From IMG/VR virus record IMGVR_UViG_3300015615_000881: 64,000 nucleotides of DNA; one strand, 5' to 3'. Within the stretch, counting starts at the first letter, position 1. Every line of letters begins with the position of its first letter. Below are positions 36,433 to 45,200 of the stretch, piece by piece. The notes beneath the pieces were generated by a model. That model did no database searches and had not been told where the DNA came from. It saw only the letters and a list, made by a program, of their open reading frames with translations. Position numbers and translations under genes: made by a program. Source of the DNA: a virus. Taxonomy: Duplodnaviria > Heunggongvirae > Uroviricota > Caudoviricetes.

Positions 36433-36481
36433 ATTACGGGAAGCCCGCCTGGTGAACCGGGCGGGCGGCGGGCGGGGCAGC

Positions 36482-37294
36482 TTACTTCACCAGTTCTTGG
36501 CGAGCTGCGTCAACGGGCAGCTTCAATCGGGCAAGCGCCTCGTCCGCCAATTCCAGGCAATGCCGGAGCGAGTCCCGGCAGTGAGTGAGGCGACCGGCGA
36601 CTTGCTTGTCGGATCCAGATAGGACCGCGCGCACGGCCTCGCCGACATTGCCGGCGTTCCACAAATTGAATTGCACGCCGCTTGCGATCTCAAAGTTACG
36701 GATGGCCTCCCGGAGCGCGGCCGCGTCGAGCTCGATCCGTTCGGCGTTGTGTTTGGCTTGCATGGTCGCCAATTCTTGCCCCTGCTTGTAGCCCTCCTCT
36801 TTCCCTTCATTGCGCGCGCGCCTCAACCTGGCCGCCGGCGTCGCCTGCTCGACGATGCGCCGGACGAGCGCCGCGACAAAGCCTCGATCGACCGGCTCGG
36901 GTTTCATCAGGACCGGGACTTTCGCGCATTGAAGCCTGCCCGCGGTGTCGAGCTCCAGGAGGCCCCAATTGATCGGGAGCTCGTCGAGCTTCACAATTCC
37001 CGGGGAGCCGGTCGCCACAATCCAATTGTCGCAAAACTTTGCGATCGGATCCGCCTTGCCTGGATCCTGGAGCTCGCGGATCCAGTCGCCGCGGGAAACC
37101 TTGACCTCGATGCCGACGATCTCCAGGCCACGCGACGGCCAGAGGCCGACGAGCACAACGTCGGCGTGACGCCGGCAGCGGAATCCGGTCGAGTTGCCGA
37201 CCTCCTCGACGAGGGCGTACGCCTCGGCCGGATACTTCCGACGGAGCGCGGCGACGACGTCGGCGGCCGTTGCCTTTGGCTTGGCAGGTTTCAT
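36482..37294 (-). CDS. PD-(D/E)xK-like nuclease-fold protein with C-terminal coiled coil
   Basis: HADVVLVGL...LEIVGIEVKVSRGDW matches the D...(E/D)xK restriction-endonuclease-fold motif. The C-terminal segment is helical. Confidence 0.35.
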   Translation of the reverse strand: MKPAKPKATAADVVAALRRKYPAEAYALVEEVGNSTGFRCRRHADVVLVGLWPSRGLEIVGIEVKVSRGDWIRELQDPGKADPIAKFCDNWIVATGSPGIVKLDELPINWGLLELDTAGRLQCAKVPVLMKPEPVDRGFVAALVRRIVEQATPAARLRRARNEGKEEGYKQGQELATMQAKHNAERIELDAAALREAIRNFEIASGVQFNLWNAGNVGEAVRAVLSGSDKQVAGRLTHCRDSLRHCLELADEALARLKLPVDAARQELVK

Positions 37295-37337
37295 TTATCC
37301 TTTGGTTTTGGATCCGGAGGGCGGAGCGCGCCGGCCG

Positions 37338-38183
37338 TCAGTTTGCCGTGCCAGAGCGCCATGGCCACGGAGAGCTTCTCGGCGTCGCGAAGGTGATCGG
37401 GCCAGGGAATTCCCTGACTCGCAAGCCTTCAGGGAACTGGGCCATGTCGGTGATGGCCTTCGGACCCTGACCGGAGATCTGCTTCATGAACAACCGGACG
37501 CCACGGTCCGACGCCTGATCCGCGAGGGCATGCGCCCAACCGAGTTCCATCGGCCGGGCGCCAGCGCCACTCTCTGCGCCCGCGATGATCCAATCGGGAA
37601 CCGAGTGGCCAATCGTTAGGGGTCCCAGCATCGGCTCGACGCTGACGAAGTGAACCTTCGCGGGAATCGTCAACAGCAGCGGGACTCGCTGTGTCCAATA
37701 CTTCTGGTTCTCCGCACTGACACCGAGCCACACGTTTGGCGGGCACGAATCGCCATTCGCCCATCCCAGAACGCTGTCGGGCATGAGATCGTATGCCAGT
37801 GCCGCGAGCTTCATTCGCTTCCACCAATTCTCCGGTCGCTTCGTCAGCAGCAGCCAGTCGAGGTTTGGCGTGCTCGAGATCACGCAGAGTAGATTCGCCA
37901 GCCACTCTGCCGGCACTTCCTCATCGAGCCAGTCAGCCAGCGAAGCGCAGAACACCCGGGGCCGGACCGCGGCGCCCGCGGCATGGCGATTCCACCGGTC
38001 CGGTTGCCGCCAGTAATCCTTGCTGGTTCGACTTCGAGGATTACCGGGCCCCCACTTGACGCGGTGATACCGGTGATCCTGCATGTGCTCGGCGTAGCAT
38101 TGCGCGCAGCCCGGCGATACCTTGCTGCAGCCGATCCACGGGTTGAACGTGTGTGTCGTCCAACCAATTGCCGAGTTTTCCAT
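37338..38183 (-). CDS. DUF5131 (phage Gp37/Gp68 family) protein
   Basis: The N-terminus IGWTTHTFNPWIGCSKVSPGCAQCYAE matches the hallmark IEWTxxTWNPxxGCxxxSxGCxxCYA three-Cys motif of PF07505. Confidence 0.6.
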   Translation of the reverse strand: MENSAIGWTTHTFNPWIGCSKVSPGCAQCYAEHMQDHRYHRVKWGPGNPRSRTSKDYWRQPDRWNRHAAGAAVRPRVFCASLADWLDEEVPAEWLANLLCVISSTPNLDWLLLTKRPENWWKRMKLAALAYDLMPDSVLGWANGDSCPPNVWLGVSAENQKYWTQRVPLLLTIPAKVHFVSVEPMLGPLTIGHSVPDWIIAGAESGAGARPMELGWAHALADQASDRGVRLFMKQISGQGPKAITDMAQFPEGLRVREFPGPITFATPRSSPWPWRSGTAN

Positions 38184-38186
38184 AAG

Positions 38187-38369
38187 TCAATCTCCTTGGC
38201 CATTCGCGCTGCATTTCTTGCAGAGAATTTGTTTGCCTGTGAATTGTGATTCTCGCAGCGGGATCGTGTCGCCGCACAAATCACAAACCTCAAGAACGGC
38301 ATCCGGGGGAATGCCAATCAAGGGCACTTTGAAGCCGTCCTTTTCAACAACGGCATGGTCGGCCTTCAT
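38187..38369 (-). CDS. small zinc-ribbon protein
   Basis: CDLCGD...CKKCS (two CxxC pairs) in 60 aa. Confidence 0.3.
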   Translation of the reverse strand: MKADHAVVEKDGFKVPLIGIPPDAVLEVCDLCGDTIPLRESQFTGKQILCKKCSANGQGD

Positions 38370-38848
38370 TGCTCACACCCCTTTCCAATCGCTCCTTCAT
38401 CGTCCGCCACCGAGAACTTTCTCCAATGCACCCACCCGGCGAATGGGCAGTGAAACCCCCACTCCCGATACTTCGGTCCCGTGATGAACAGCGTCCAGCA
38501 CTCGCCGTTGTGCAGTTCAATCCGATGAGCGAATTTCCCAGACCATCGGAGCCTGATTGCGCCAGCCTTGAGAATCTGCATGCGATTGATCCCGCCGGCC
38601 GCGATCGTGTGCTCGGTGTATTCCCCCCTCAACAGGACAGAGCAATTGATCCACGGATGATCGTGCAATGCCCTGTCGTCGTCGCTGCGCAAGAAGTAGT
38701 GCAGGTAGATGTTGAGGACGCGGTTTCGAGGGATCACCCACCATCGGTACATATACGGGTTGTCCGCTCCGCCGATGATAAAGTCCGGCGGCCGACGCAA
38801 CGCAACCTTCGTTAAGAGCAATCTGGTGAGGAATCGAACCATGTTCAT
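38366..38848 (-). CDS. cupin-fold protein
   Basis: The probable start is MNMVRFL. The upstream ORF-track extension overlaps the neighbouring gene and is low-complexity. Cupin-like motifs are LHDHPWINCSVLLRGEY and AHRIELHN. Confidence 0.35.
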   Translation of the reverse strand: MNMVRFLTRLLLTKVALRRPPDFIIGGADNPYMYRWWVIPRNRVLNIYLHYFLRSDDDRALHDHPWINCSVLLRGEYTEHTIAAGGINRMQILKAGAIRLRWSGKFAHRIELHNGECWTLFITGPKYREWGFHCPFAGWVHWRKFSVADDEGAIGKGCEQ

Positions 38849-38850
38849 AA

Positions 38851-39663
38851 TCAGAAGCTGCTGAACATCGGATCTTTGGAGCCAGTGTCCCATTGACCGT
38901 CGTTTTCCTTCAGCCACGTCAGAAATGCCGTGTTCGCGTACATCAAACCGCTGACGAAGTCCTTCTTCCCCTTCGCACCAAACTGCCGCGCGTTGCGTTT
39001 CGTGAAGAGCCAGCTTCCATCCTCCTTGGTCGCCACCAGGATGTTCTTCAACTGCGAGAGCAGCACCGTCAGGTTCTTCAGGCACCACACCTTTTCCTCG
39101 CTCCAACCCATCATCCTTTCCCGCGGCCAATCCTTGATCGGCGGTACAAACCCCAGTTCGCAGTGGTCCAACGCCTCCTTGAGCGAGGAGTACAGCGTGT
39201 CCACCAACACATCGTCCCCCGTCAGCGACGGCCATTGGGATTCGATGCACGGATCACCTCGCTTGCACATGCTCAGGATGAAATGCGCTTGGACCACGGA
39301 CGTTTCGTCCGGTGTGACGATCGGGGTAACTTCCGTGTCGATGTTCTCGATCGTCTGCCTCGAAAGACAGAGCTCGCGCTTTACCCACTGACCACCTCCG
39401 CCCGGGTCCAGGCATATCCGCGCGAAATTGAATCGCCGGTGCAACTGGTGAATGATCCCACTCCACTGCCGCGCGCTGGCCTTCCGGATCCGCCGCGCGT
39501 AAAGGACGTCGCGCCACCAGTCGGCGGGATTGTTCGACAACGCACCATCTGGAGCCTGGTGACGAGGTGTGGCGCGCATCGCTACCAGCGCTCCATCGTC
39601 GGAGCGGGCGCTCTCGCTTGGAGCCGCGTCACCACCCAAAAACCAGAAGGTGTTGTCCGTCAT
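38851..39663 (-). CDS. hypothetical protein
   Basis: A 270-aa ORF with an AAGGAAA ribosome-binding site. The conserved GTAGTCCACCGAATCA element lies 17 nt upstream. Confidence 0.35.
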   Translation of the reverse strand: MTDNTFWFLGGDAAPSESARSDDGALVAMRATPRHQAPDGALSNNPADWWRDVLYARRIRKASARQWSGIIHQLHRRFNFARICLDPGGGGQWVKRELCLSRQTIENIDTEVTPIVTPDETSVVQAHFILSMCKRGDPCIESQWPSLTGDDVLVDTLYSSLKEALDHCELGFVPPIKDWPRERMMGWSEEKVWCLKNLTVLLSQLKNILVATKEDGSWLFTKRNARQFGAKGKKDFVSGLMYANTAFLTWLKENDGQWDTGSKDPMFSSF

Positions 39664-39917
39664 TTCCTTGTTCTACTGATTCGGTGGACTACATCAACAA
39701 ACGTCTTCCGATCAATCTCGATCGCACCCAACGCCACCGCCTTCTTTCGCTTGGTTTTGCAGATGTCGAAGTGCGGATACTTCGCGTTCTGGAACCACCG
39801 ACGACTCACGCCAATGGCATCCGCCATCGCGAACAATTCCTCTGTGGTGTCCACGATCATGTGACACATGAGCATGCCGCGGAACGGCCAGATCGGTGCG
39901 TCAACGTAGCAAGCCAT
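39660..39917 (-). CDS. DUF4031-family protein
   Basis: MACYVDAPIWPFRGMLMCHMIVDTTEELFAMADAIGVSRRWFQNAKYPHFDI matches the DUF4031 pattern (xVYVDd...W.HL.AD...EL..fA..lG..r.Wf..HYDi). Confidence 0.45.
   Translation of the reverse strand: MACYVDAPIWPFRGMLMCHMIVDTTEELFAMADAIGVSRRWFQNAKYPHFDICKTKRKKAVALGAIEIDRKTFVDVVHRISRTRK
39676..39692. promoter_or_regulatory. conserved element copy (GTAGTCCACCGAATCAG, 16/16 identical to the copy at 17585-17600)
   Basis: It lies 17 nt upstream of the ATG at 39663 and overlaps the 3' end of the DUF4031 gene. Confidence 0.45.
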
Positions 39918-40320
39918 TGTCCGTCTTCCATTCGTCCAGGTTTATCGGCCGCACCAGCCAGCCGTATTCGCGCGTCAGGTTGGTCAACGGAATTGATTCA
40001 AGGACGTTTGTGAACGAGACGGCTTTCCAGTGTGTGACCGAAACCAGGTTGGAAGACACCAACCCGATCTCGCGATTGTCCAACCAACGGTGAATCGCCT
40101 TTTGCAACGGCGATTCCGGATACCCTGGGTGTATCCGACACGGCTCGTTCGTGTTTGCGTGGTAGAGGTCCAGGTAAGGTTTTCCAGCCTGCACCCAGTG
40201 TCCAATATCGGCCTTGTGCCATGTCTCGGCGCGGACCCATTGCGGCGGGTCCACGCGGAACGGGATCGGTTCAGGGTTCGCCGCGAGAATGGCGGCGGCG
40301 ATTGCATAGGGTAGGATCAT
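39901..40320 (-). CDS. hypothetical protein with shared C-terminal SNLVxVxxWK...TNVLESxxxTNLTR domain
   Basis: The C-terminus LVSSNLVSVTHWKAVSFTNVLESIPLTNLTREYGW is paralogous to the C-termini of 55312-55896 and 54559-55308. Confidence 0.35.
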   Translation of the reverse strand: MILPYAIAAAILAANPEPIPFRVDPPQWVRAETWHKADIGHWVQAGKPYLDLYHANTNEPCRIHPGYPESPLQKAIHRWLDNREIGLVSSNLVSVTHWKAVSFTNVLESIPLTNLTREYGWLVRPINLDEWKTDNGLLR

Positions 40321-40425
40321 GCGGTTATGTTTTAATCGTCATCGTCGTCGTCTCCAAAGATCTCACCGTCCTCGTCAACGCCACCTTCCGGATTTTCGTT
40401 GACGTTCATGGTCGGTGACAGCGGT

Positions 40426-40707
40426 TCATAACTCGATTCTGGTTACGGTGGCCTGACCGCCGTGAGATTCCACCCATGGAATTAACTTCGCGACAAAGCA
40501 GTCGGGGCAGATGTCGATTGTAGTTTCCTCGACTTCCCCGCAGTCCCGACTGGTCCATCCAGTTTCGAGCTTTACAGTGGATTCTGAAACGTCGCCGTAC
40601 TCCTTTTTCCACGATCCTCCTTCTTTCACGCGATGGCAAAGATCGCACTCGATTTCCTTAATCAGCCGCCGCGTAACCGATTCTGTTTTGTCGATGAACT
40701 TTTTCAT
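40426..40707 (-). CDS. small Cys4 zinc-ribbon protein
   Basis: From the start MKKFIDKT, the motifs CDLCHR...CPDC are present. Confidence 0.3.
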   Translation of the reverse strand: MKKFIDKTESVTRRLIKEIECDLCHRVKEGGSWKKEYGDVSESTVKLETGWTSRDCGEVEETTIDICPDCFVAKLIPWVESHGGQATVTRIEL

Positions 40708-41384
40708 ATTTGAAACCCACTGGCCGAGGTTGCGCAGCCAGCCTTCCTTACCAGGGTCTTGTGTGCCATCGACACATCTGGTGGGCCCCAATTGATCACA
40801 ATTCCCTCAAAGGGAAGACCGTGCTCGACTTGGAACCAATCCGCCATTTCCCCGAAAGAGTCGAACCCGTCACGCATTGCAAACTCCGCCTGCTCGGTCC
40901 GGCGAAGGAACACTTTCTGTGAGTTCAAATCATCAGGGGTAAGTGCATGGGCAATTTCGTGGTAGGAAATGGTGATCGCGTAAACAGACGTGATCTTCCA
41001 TTGGCCCAGGCGGCGGTGCTTGCTTCCAAAAGGTTTCCCGCACCATGCCCGACAGTCGATGATGTCGCCGGTCCTGGGCATTCTCTTCGGCACCGGCCGC
41101 ACCGTTTGCTGCTTCGCTCCGGATCTGACCAAGCCAGAGAATTGAGGCTTGAACATCCGCACGAAGCGACGAGGGGCTGCCGGCAGCTTCTCCGCCTCCG
41201 GCGGAGACGGCAGTGCACGCCGTTCCACCCGGGCACCGCACCGTTTGCATCGCGCCCAGCGCTTGCTGATCGCCCGGGTTCCAAAGCCGCACTTCGGGCA
41301 CATTGCGCCCTGATGCAGGAGAATCCCAAGCACGAGTGGGATTCCGTCTATATGCGCGAGGGGATGTGTAATTGCCTCACCCAT
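40704..41384 (-). CDS. zinc-ribbon plus ASCH-like domain protein
   Basis: CPKCG...CKRCG zinc ribbon. The segment FKPQFSGLVRSGAKQQTVRPVPKRMPRTGDII resembles the ASCH GxKxxExR...GD core. Confidence 0.4.
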   Translation of the reverse strand: MGEAITHPLAHIDGIPLVLGILLHQGAMCPKCGFGTRAISKRWARCKRCGARVERRALPSPPEAEKLPAAPRRFVRMFKPQFSGLVRSGAKQQTVRPVPKRMPRTGDIIDCRAWCGKPFGSKHRRLGQWKITSVYAITISYHEIAHALTPDDLNSQKVFLRRTEQAEFAMRDGFDSFGEMADWFQVEHGLPFEGIVINWGPPDVSMAHKTLVRKAGCATSASGFQI

Positions 41385-42356
41385 TTAGTTCCTCGTCATC
41401 GGTTCGAGGTTGCGCTGCCGGCCGAGCTCGACGCAGCTAAGGATCGCTTCCTCCGTGAACCACCCCTTCCCGCTCTTTGACCAGACGCCAAACACTTCGC
41501 CGAGGGCGTCCGCCCGATCGAGTTTATCGCGCAACGTGTCAATGGTCCGTTGGACCCTAAACTTTTTGAACGTGCCCCCGTCCCGGGTCGGCAGGTCGGA
41601 GTAATCCTTGAAGTTGTAGCTGATGGTGGCGTAGTCCGGATTACCGCGTTTGACCTGCTTCTCGTTCGCGCTGTAGCGCTCGTGGGCTGGATGCAACTGG
41701 GTCTTGGCGGGAGCGGAAAACGTAATGTGGTTCGACCAGATCGGGTGTGATTGGTTCCACGATTCCTTGGTGACGCGGCCGATCAACTGACTGTCGATAC
41801 CGTCGCTCGACGCATCGATGTGAGTCCATTCGTCAATCAGCATCGTGTTGAACCGCAAACTCGATTGTGAGAATGCGTTCTTCATGAACGATGGCGCCGG
41901 CATCGCCACCGTCGCCCCGTTCTTGAAGTACGCCATGTAACAAGCGGCGCCCTGGACCTTGGCGGATCCCTTTTCCTCTCCGGTCTCATCCAGACGTCCG
42001 AGGTGTGCCGAGAATATGGGCGCAGTGACAGTGGAGTAGTAACGCCAGAAGGTTCGCTTGCCGGTTTCGAAGACTGGGTAATACACGCCGGCGTCATGCG
42101 CAGATCCCGAGTAGGAGAGCAGGATGCACCGCAGTTGCACATAGCCCCAGTCAACGATGGTCTTGCCGCTCGAGAATCCCGAACTGTCAATGACCTCCGG
42201 CACCCACCAGTAATACTTGAGGCGGCAGCGCTGGAAGACGTCCAGGTCGATACCGAGGATAACCTTGAACCCGAGAACCGGGTCGCAAAGGAAATCCTCG
42301 AGCATCTGAGCCGTGACGGTCAGCCGCTTCGGAATGACTGGAGTGATAATCTGCAC
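41385..42356 (-). CDS. P-loop ATPase, possibly a terminase large-subunit ATPase domain
   Basis: Walker A SGFSSGKT and Walker B TMLIDEW. It is only 323 aa and no nuclease domain was recognised. Confidence 0.3.
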   Translation of the reverse strand: MQIITPVIPKRLTVTAQMLEDFLCDPVLGFKVILGIDLDVFQRCRLKYYWWVPEVIDSSGFSSGKTIVDWGYVQLRCILLSYSGSAHDAGVYYPVFETGKRTFWRYYSTVTAPIFSAHLGRLDETGEEKGSAKVQGAACYMAYFKNGATVAMPAPSFMKNAFSQSSLRFNTMLIDEWTHIDASSDGIDSQLIGRVTKESWNQSHPIWSNHITFSAPAKTQLHPAHERYSANEKQVKRGNPDYATISYNFKDYSDLPTRDGGTFKKFRVQRTIDTLRDKLDRADALGEVFGVWSKSGKGWFTEEAILSCVELGRQRNLEPMTRN

Positions 42357-42362
42357 GACGCG

Positions 42363-42581
42363 TCAGACCGCCACCAAGGGTTGAACCGAAGTCAACGCGA
42401 CCCCGCCAGCCACTCCGTCCACCATCACCATCGCGCTGTGACCACCCACTACCCAGGCCTTTGATCGGGTTTTGGTTATCTCTGGTTCTCGGGGTGGATT
42501 GAGCAACCTGTATCGACGGACGGGTGTCCCGATGGGGTAGGTGCCATTCCAATAATCCACGATGCTTTGCAGTTTTCTCAT
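42363..42581 (-). CDS. hypothetical small protein
   Basis: An ORF filling the gap between neighbouring genes. Confidence 0.2.
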   Translation of the reverse strand: MRKLQSIVDYWNGTYPIGTPVRRYRLLNPPREPEITKTRSKAWVVGGHSAMVMVDGVAGGVALTSVQPLVAV

Positions 42582-42584
42582 ACG

Positions 42585-43106
42585 TTATGATTGCGGTTTC
42601 ACTTCCAATGCGTGCGTTGGCCACCAGGTCCCGTCTCCTTTCGGCACGGCTTCCCTGATGAGCCACGGGATGAGTTTCCATTCCCAATCTTGCGATTTCA
42701 TCCAGCCGCCTACACACATTGCGTTCACGTCGAACACTTCCTCATTGTCATTGCGCAGAGCCACCCAGTGCGTGTGTCGGTAGCGCACTCGCATCGGCAC
42801 ACCAGGCTTCGTCCACGGGCCTCCAAATTGCACGCGCATCAAACCATGCTTGAGTTTCGGGATCCGGCCGCCCCGCTCATCGCTTCGATACACCTGCTGG
42901 TATTGTGCGCCCGACCGCTTCAACACATCCAGCATGAGCGTCGGATTGGTGTAACCCTTGGCCTCGAAGTCGCCCATCAAAGGGCGAATCTCGGCGGGGG
43001 TCAGATGGAGCACGGCGCAGAGCGCACCCGGTCCGCAGTTGAAGCACCAACCACAATTATTGGCGTCGGAGAGCGTGAACCGCACCGGAATCGAAAATTT
43101 AGTCAT
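42585..43106 (-). CDS. hypothetical Cys-motif protein (NCGWCFNCGPG)
   Basis: The probable start MTKFSIPV forms an ATGA overlap with the upstream ORF. The Cys-rich motif is reminiscent of a thiol-protease or zinc-binding motif. Confidence 0.3.
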   Translation of the reverse strand: MTKFSIPVRFTLSDANNCGWCFNCGPGALCAVLHLTPAEIRPLMGDFEAKGYTNPTLMLDVLKRSGAQYQQVYRSDERGGRIPKLKHGLMRVQFGGPWTKPGVPMRVRYRHTHWVALRNDNEEVFDVNAMCVGGWMKSQDWEWKLIPWLIREAVPKGDGTWWPTHALEVKPQS

Positions 43107-43300
43107 TCCGGCTGGCGAGTGGGGCATTTGATAGGCACGATTAGACTTCGATCCCAATCGTCGTCGTACCAGTAGTCTTCAAAATCCTCGGTCAGGTATT
43201 TGATCATCGGGTCATCTCCCGGAACGATGACACACAGATACCAACGGGCACCTGAGCCGATGTCTGTCCATGCCCAGAACGGGCCGATCGGTTGTTTCAT
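43103..43300 (-). CDS. hypothetical acidic small protein
   Basis: The probable start is MKQPIGPF. The C-terminus is Asp/Trp/Tyr-rich. Confidence 0.2.
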   Translation of the reverse strand: MKQPIGPFWAWTDIGSGARWYLCVIVPGDDPMIKYLTEDFEDYWYDDDWDRSLIVPIKCPTRQPE

Positions 43301-43304
43301 ATTG

Positions 43305-44450
43305 CTACTGCGCGGGCAGGTGCAACGGGTCGTATTCGTTCTGGAGCGGGTCATCGCTTTCCAGGTCGGGCAGGCGTTCCTGTTCTTCATCGCTGACGTG
43401 CTGGGCCGCGGCCGTCCAGGCTGCGTCGAGCTTCTTCAATTGCCCTGGCGTGAAGTGGGACTTCCACTTCGGATCCCACAAGCCGGCCTTCGCGGCATTG
43501 AGATAGACAACCAGGCCGGCCCGATACCGGGGCTCGGGCGCCTGCACGCTCCGACGGCATTCCACCTGGATCTCCACGGCGGTGAAGATCCCATCCACGC
43601 GGGCGCGATCGCCTTTCGCCATGTAATCCCGGTGCCCCTCGATCAACTCCGCCACCACACCGACAAAGGCCATCTTCCCACTGATGGCACCAGCCCACGG
43701 GGCGATGACATCGATCTGGGTCAGTTGTTCCCGGTACCGGTCCTGCATCTCCTGCTGCAGTCGCACGACTTCACGATGCTCCTTGCTGCCGAACTCGTGC
43801 CGGGCGGATTTCACTTCCGCCCGGCGGATCTGCATTTCATTGAGCAGGGTTTGGCGCGCCAGCTCCGCGGCCATCTGGTGGTCGAGTAGTTTCGTCCACC
43901 GCTCCACTCGCATTGAAAACCAGAATCGCTCCGCTTGGGTCTCCGCCGCATCGCGGCCAGGCACGGCAAAGAGACTGTCCGGGAACCCGTATTTCTCGAG
44001 GATGCTCTCCTTGAACTCAATGGCCTGTTGCGGGGATGCCGGCGGCGGCGCTGGATCCAGCGTTGGCGCAACACCGAGCACAATCCCACGCACAGCATCA
44101 ATCTCCTGGGAGAGTTGCGCCCTGGAAACACCGAGAGCGGCGGCGAGCTCTTCCCGCCCCCAAACGCGCAGGTCGTCGGGATCCGAGTCCGCCCGGGGAA
44201 TCATTGGCGCGATGCCGAACAGGCGGCGCACGATCAACCAGGACCTGGCGTGCTGGCTGACGCGGGACACGAATTGAGCCAGGTCGGTGACCTGCGAGAA
44301 TTCCGACTCGAACAGGTCGTGCCGGGAGATGCGCCACGGCTCGTTGGCCGGGCCGGAAAACTCTCGGATCGGACCGGCTTGCACCTGGGCAGGCGGAGGA
44401 GGAGGCGAGCCGAGCTCTGGTTGCATTGAGTCTTTGGATTTCCGGGGCAT
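43305..44450 (-). CDS. HTH-containing protein (possible small terminase or regulator)
   Basis: The segment EELAAALGVSRAQLSQEIDAVRGI is HTH-like. The N-terminus is Pro-rich. 381 aa. Confidence 0.3.
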   Translation of the reverse strand: MPRKSKDSMQPELGSPPPPPAQVQAGPIREFSGPANEPWRISRHDLFESEFSQVTDLAQFVSRVSQHARSWLIVRRLFGIAPMIPRADSDPDDLRVWGREELAAALGVSRAQLSQEIDAVRGIVLGVAPTLDPAPPPASPQQAIEFKESILEKYGFPDSLFAVPGRDAAETQAERFWFSMRVERWTKLLDHQMAAELARQTLLNEMQIRRAEVKSARHEFGSKEHREVVRLQQEMQDRYREQLTQIDVIAPWAGAISGKMAFVGVVAELIEGHRDYMAKGDRARVDGIFTAVEIQVECRRSVQAPEPRYRAGLVVYLNAAKAGLWDPKWKSHFTPGQLKKLDAAWTAAAQHVSDEEQERLPDLESDDPLQNEYDPLHLPAQ

Positions 44451-44453
44451 AAC

Positions 44454-44843
44454 TCAGCGGGGAACGTCCTCAAGATATAAGGTGTCCAGTGGGTTCTGTG
44501 CCGCATTCGTCGAGGCGGATGGAGGTAGATCAAAATCGATTTGTAAATCGATAGCGTAGCCGGTGCTGGTGCTGTTCGTGATAAAAATTGCCCCGGGCGC
44601 AAAGAATGTCGATGGGCTCATGGTGACGGTGTGGCTGATATAAATCCCCTGATTGTCTGGTGTCCAAGGATGCCGCACGGCGCGACTTCTGACCTCCAGG
44701 CTGTGGTGTACCGTGAATTCGTCATTCTTGAATCCGAGACACCACCACGGCAGCGCGAGAGTCAGTTCCTGCCCGCGGTAGTACGTGCGCCAGCCGATCA
44801 GGACCATGAAACCGACGGCGAAGGTTATGAGAAATGCCCTCAC
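44454..44843 (-). CDS. membrane-anchored hypothetical protein
   Basis: N-terminal TM helix MRAFLITFAVGFMVLIGW. Confidence 0.3.
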   Translation of the reverse strand: MRAFLITFAVGFMVLIGWRTYYRGQELTLALPWWCLGFKNDEFTVHHSLEVRSRAVRHPWTPDNQGIYISHTVTMSPSTFFAPGAIFITNSTSTGYAIDLQIDFDLPPSASTNAAQNPLDTLYLEDVPR

Positions 44844-44846
44844 AGC

Positions 44847-45194
44847 CTACAGTTCTACGCCGTGACGCTTCAGGCCGTACGACCGCTTCGTTTCCGGTTC
44901 AATCTCTGGCGCCATCGCCTCGAGCTCGATGACGCCGTTCGTGCCAACCAGCGCCTCCATTGGCATCACCAGGTTTAACCGATCGTTCTTCTGCACAATG
45001 AAGGCGCCACTGGAATAGACCACGAAGTTCGAGAAGCCCCTCGATTCCAGTTGCATGAACGATTCCGAGACGAGGCTGAGTAACTTGGCGTCGGGCAGCT
45101 TCTCGATGGCCAGCGTCCTTTCCAGCTTTGCGACTTTGTCGCGATCGCAGCCGGGGACGAGTAGCAGGACGGCGAGCAGGATCATGAGTTTCAT
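44847..45194 (-). CDS. lipoprotein
   Basis: MKLMILLAVLLLVPGC lipobox. Confidence 0.4.
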   Translation of the reverse strand: MKLMILLAVLLLVPGCDRDKVAKLERTLAIEKLPDAKLLSLVSESFMQLESRGFSNFVVYSSGAFIVQKNDRLNLVMPMEALVGTNGVIELEAMAPEIEPETKRSYGLKRHGVEL

Positions 45195-45200
45195 ACGTTT

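Noticed and set aside
38849-39250. N-terminal 134 codons of ORF 38366-39250
   Set aside because: This part is low-complexity (Gly/Ala/Arg-rich) and overlaps the independently supported gene 38851-39663 in another frame. The cupin gene most likely starts at MNMVRF (38848).
40330-40410. 25-codon acidic peptide ORF (MNVNENPEGGVDEDGEIFGDDDDDD) on the minus strand
   Set aside because: It is below reasonable length and has no ribosome-binding site support. It is possibly real, but there is no supporting evidence.
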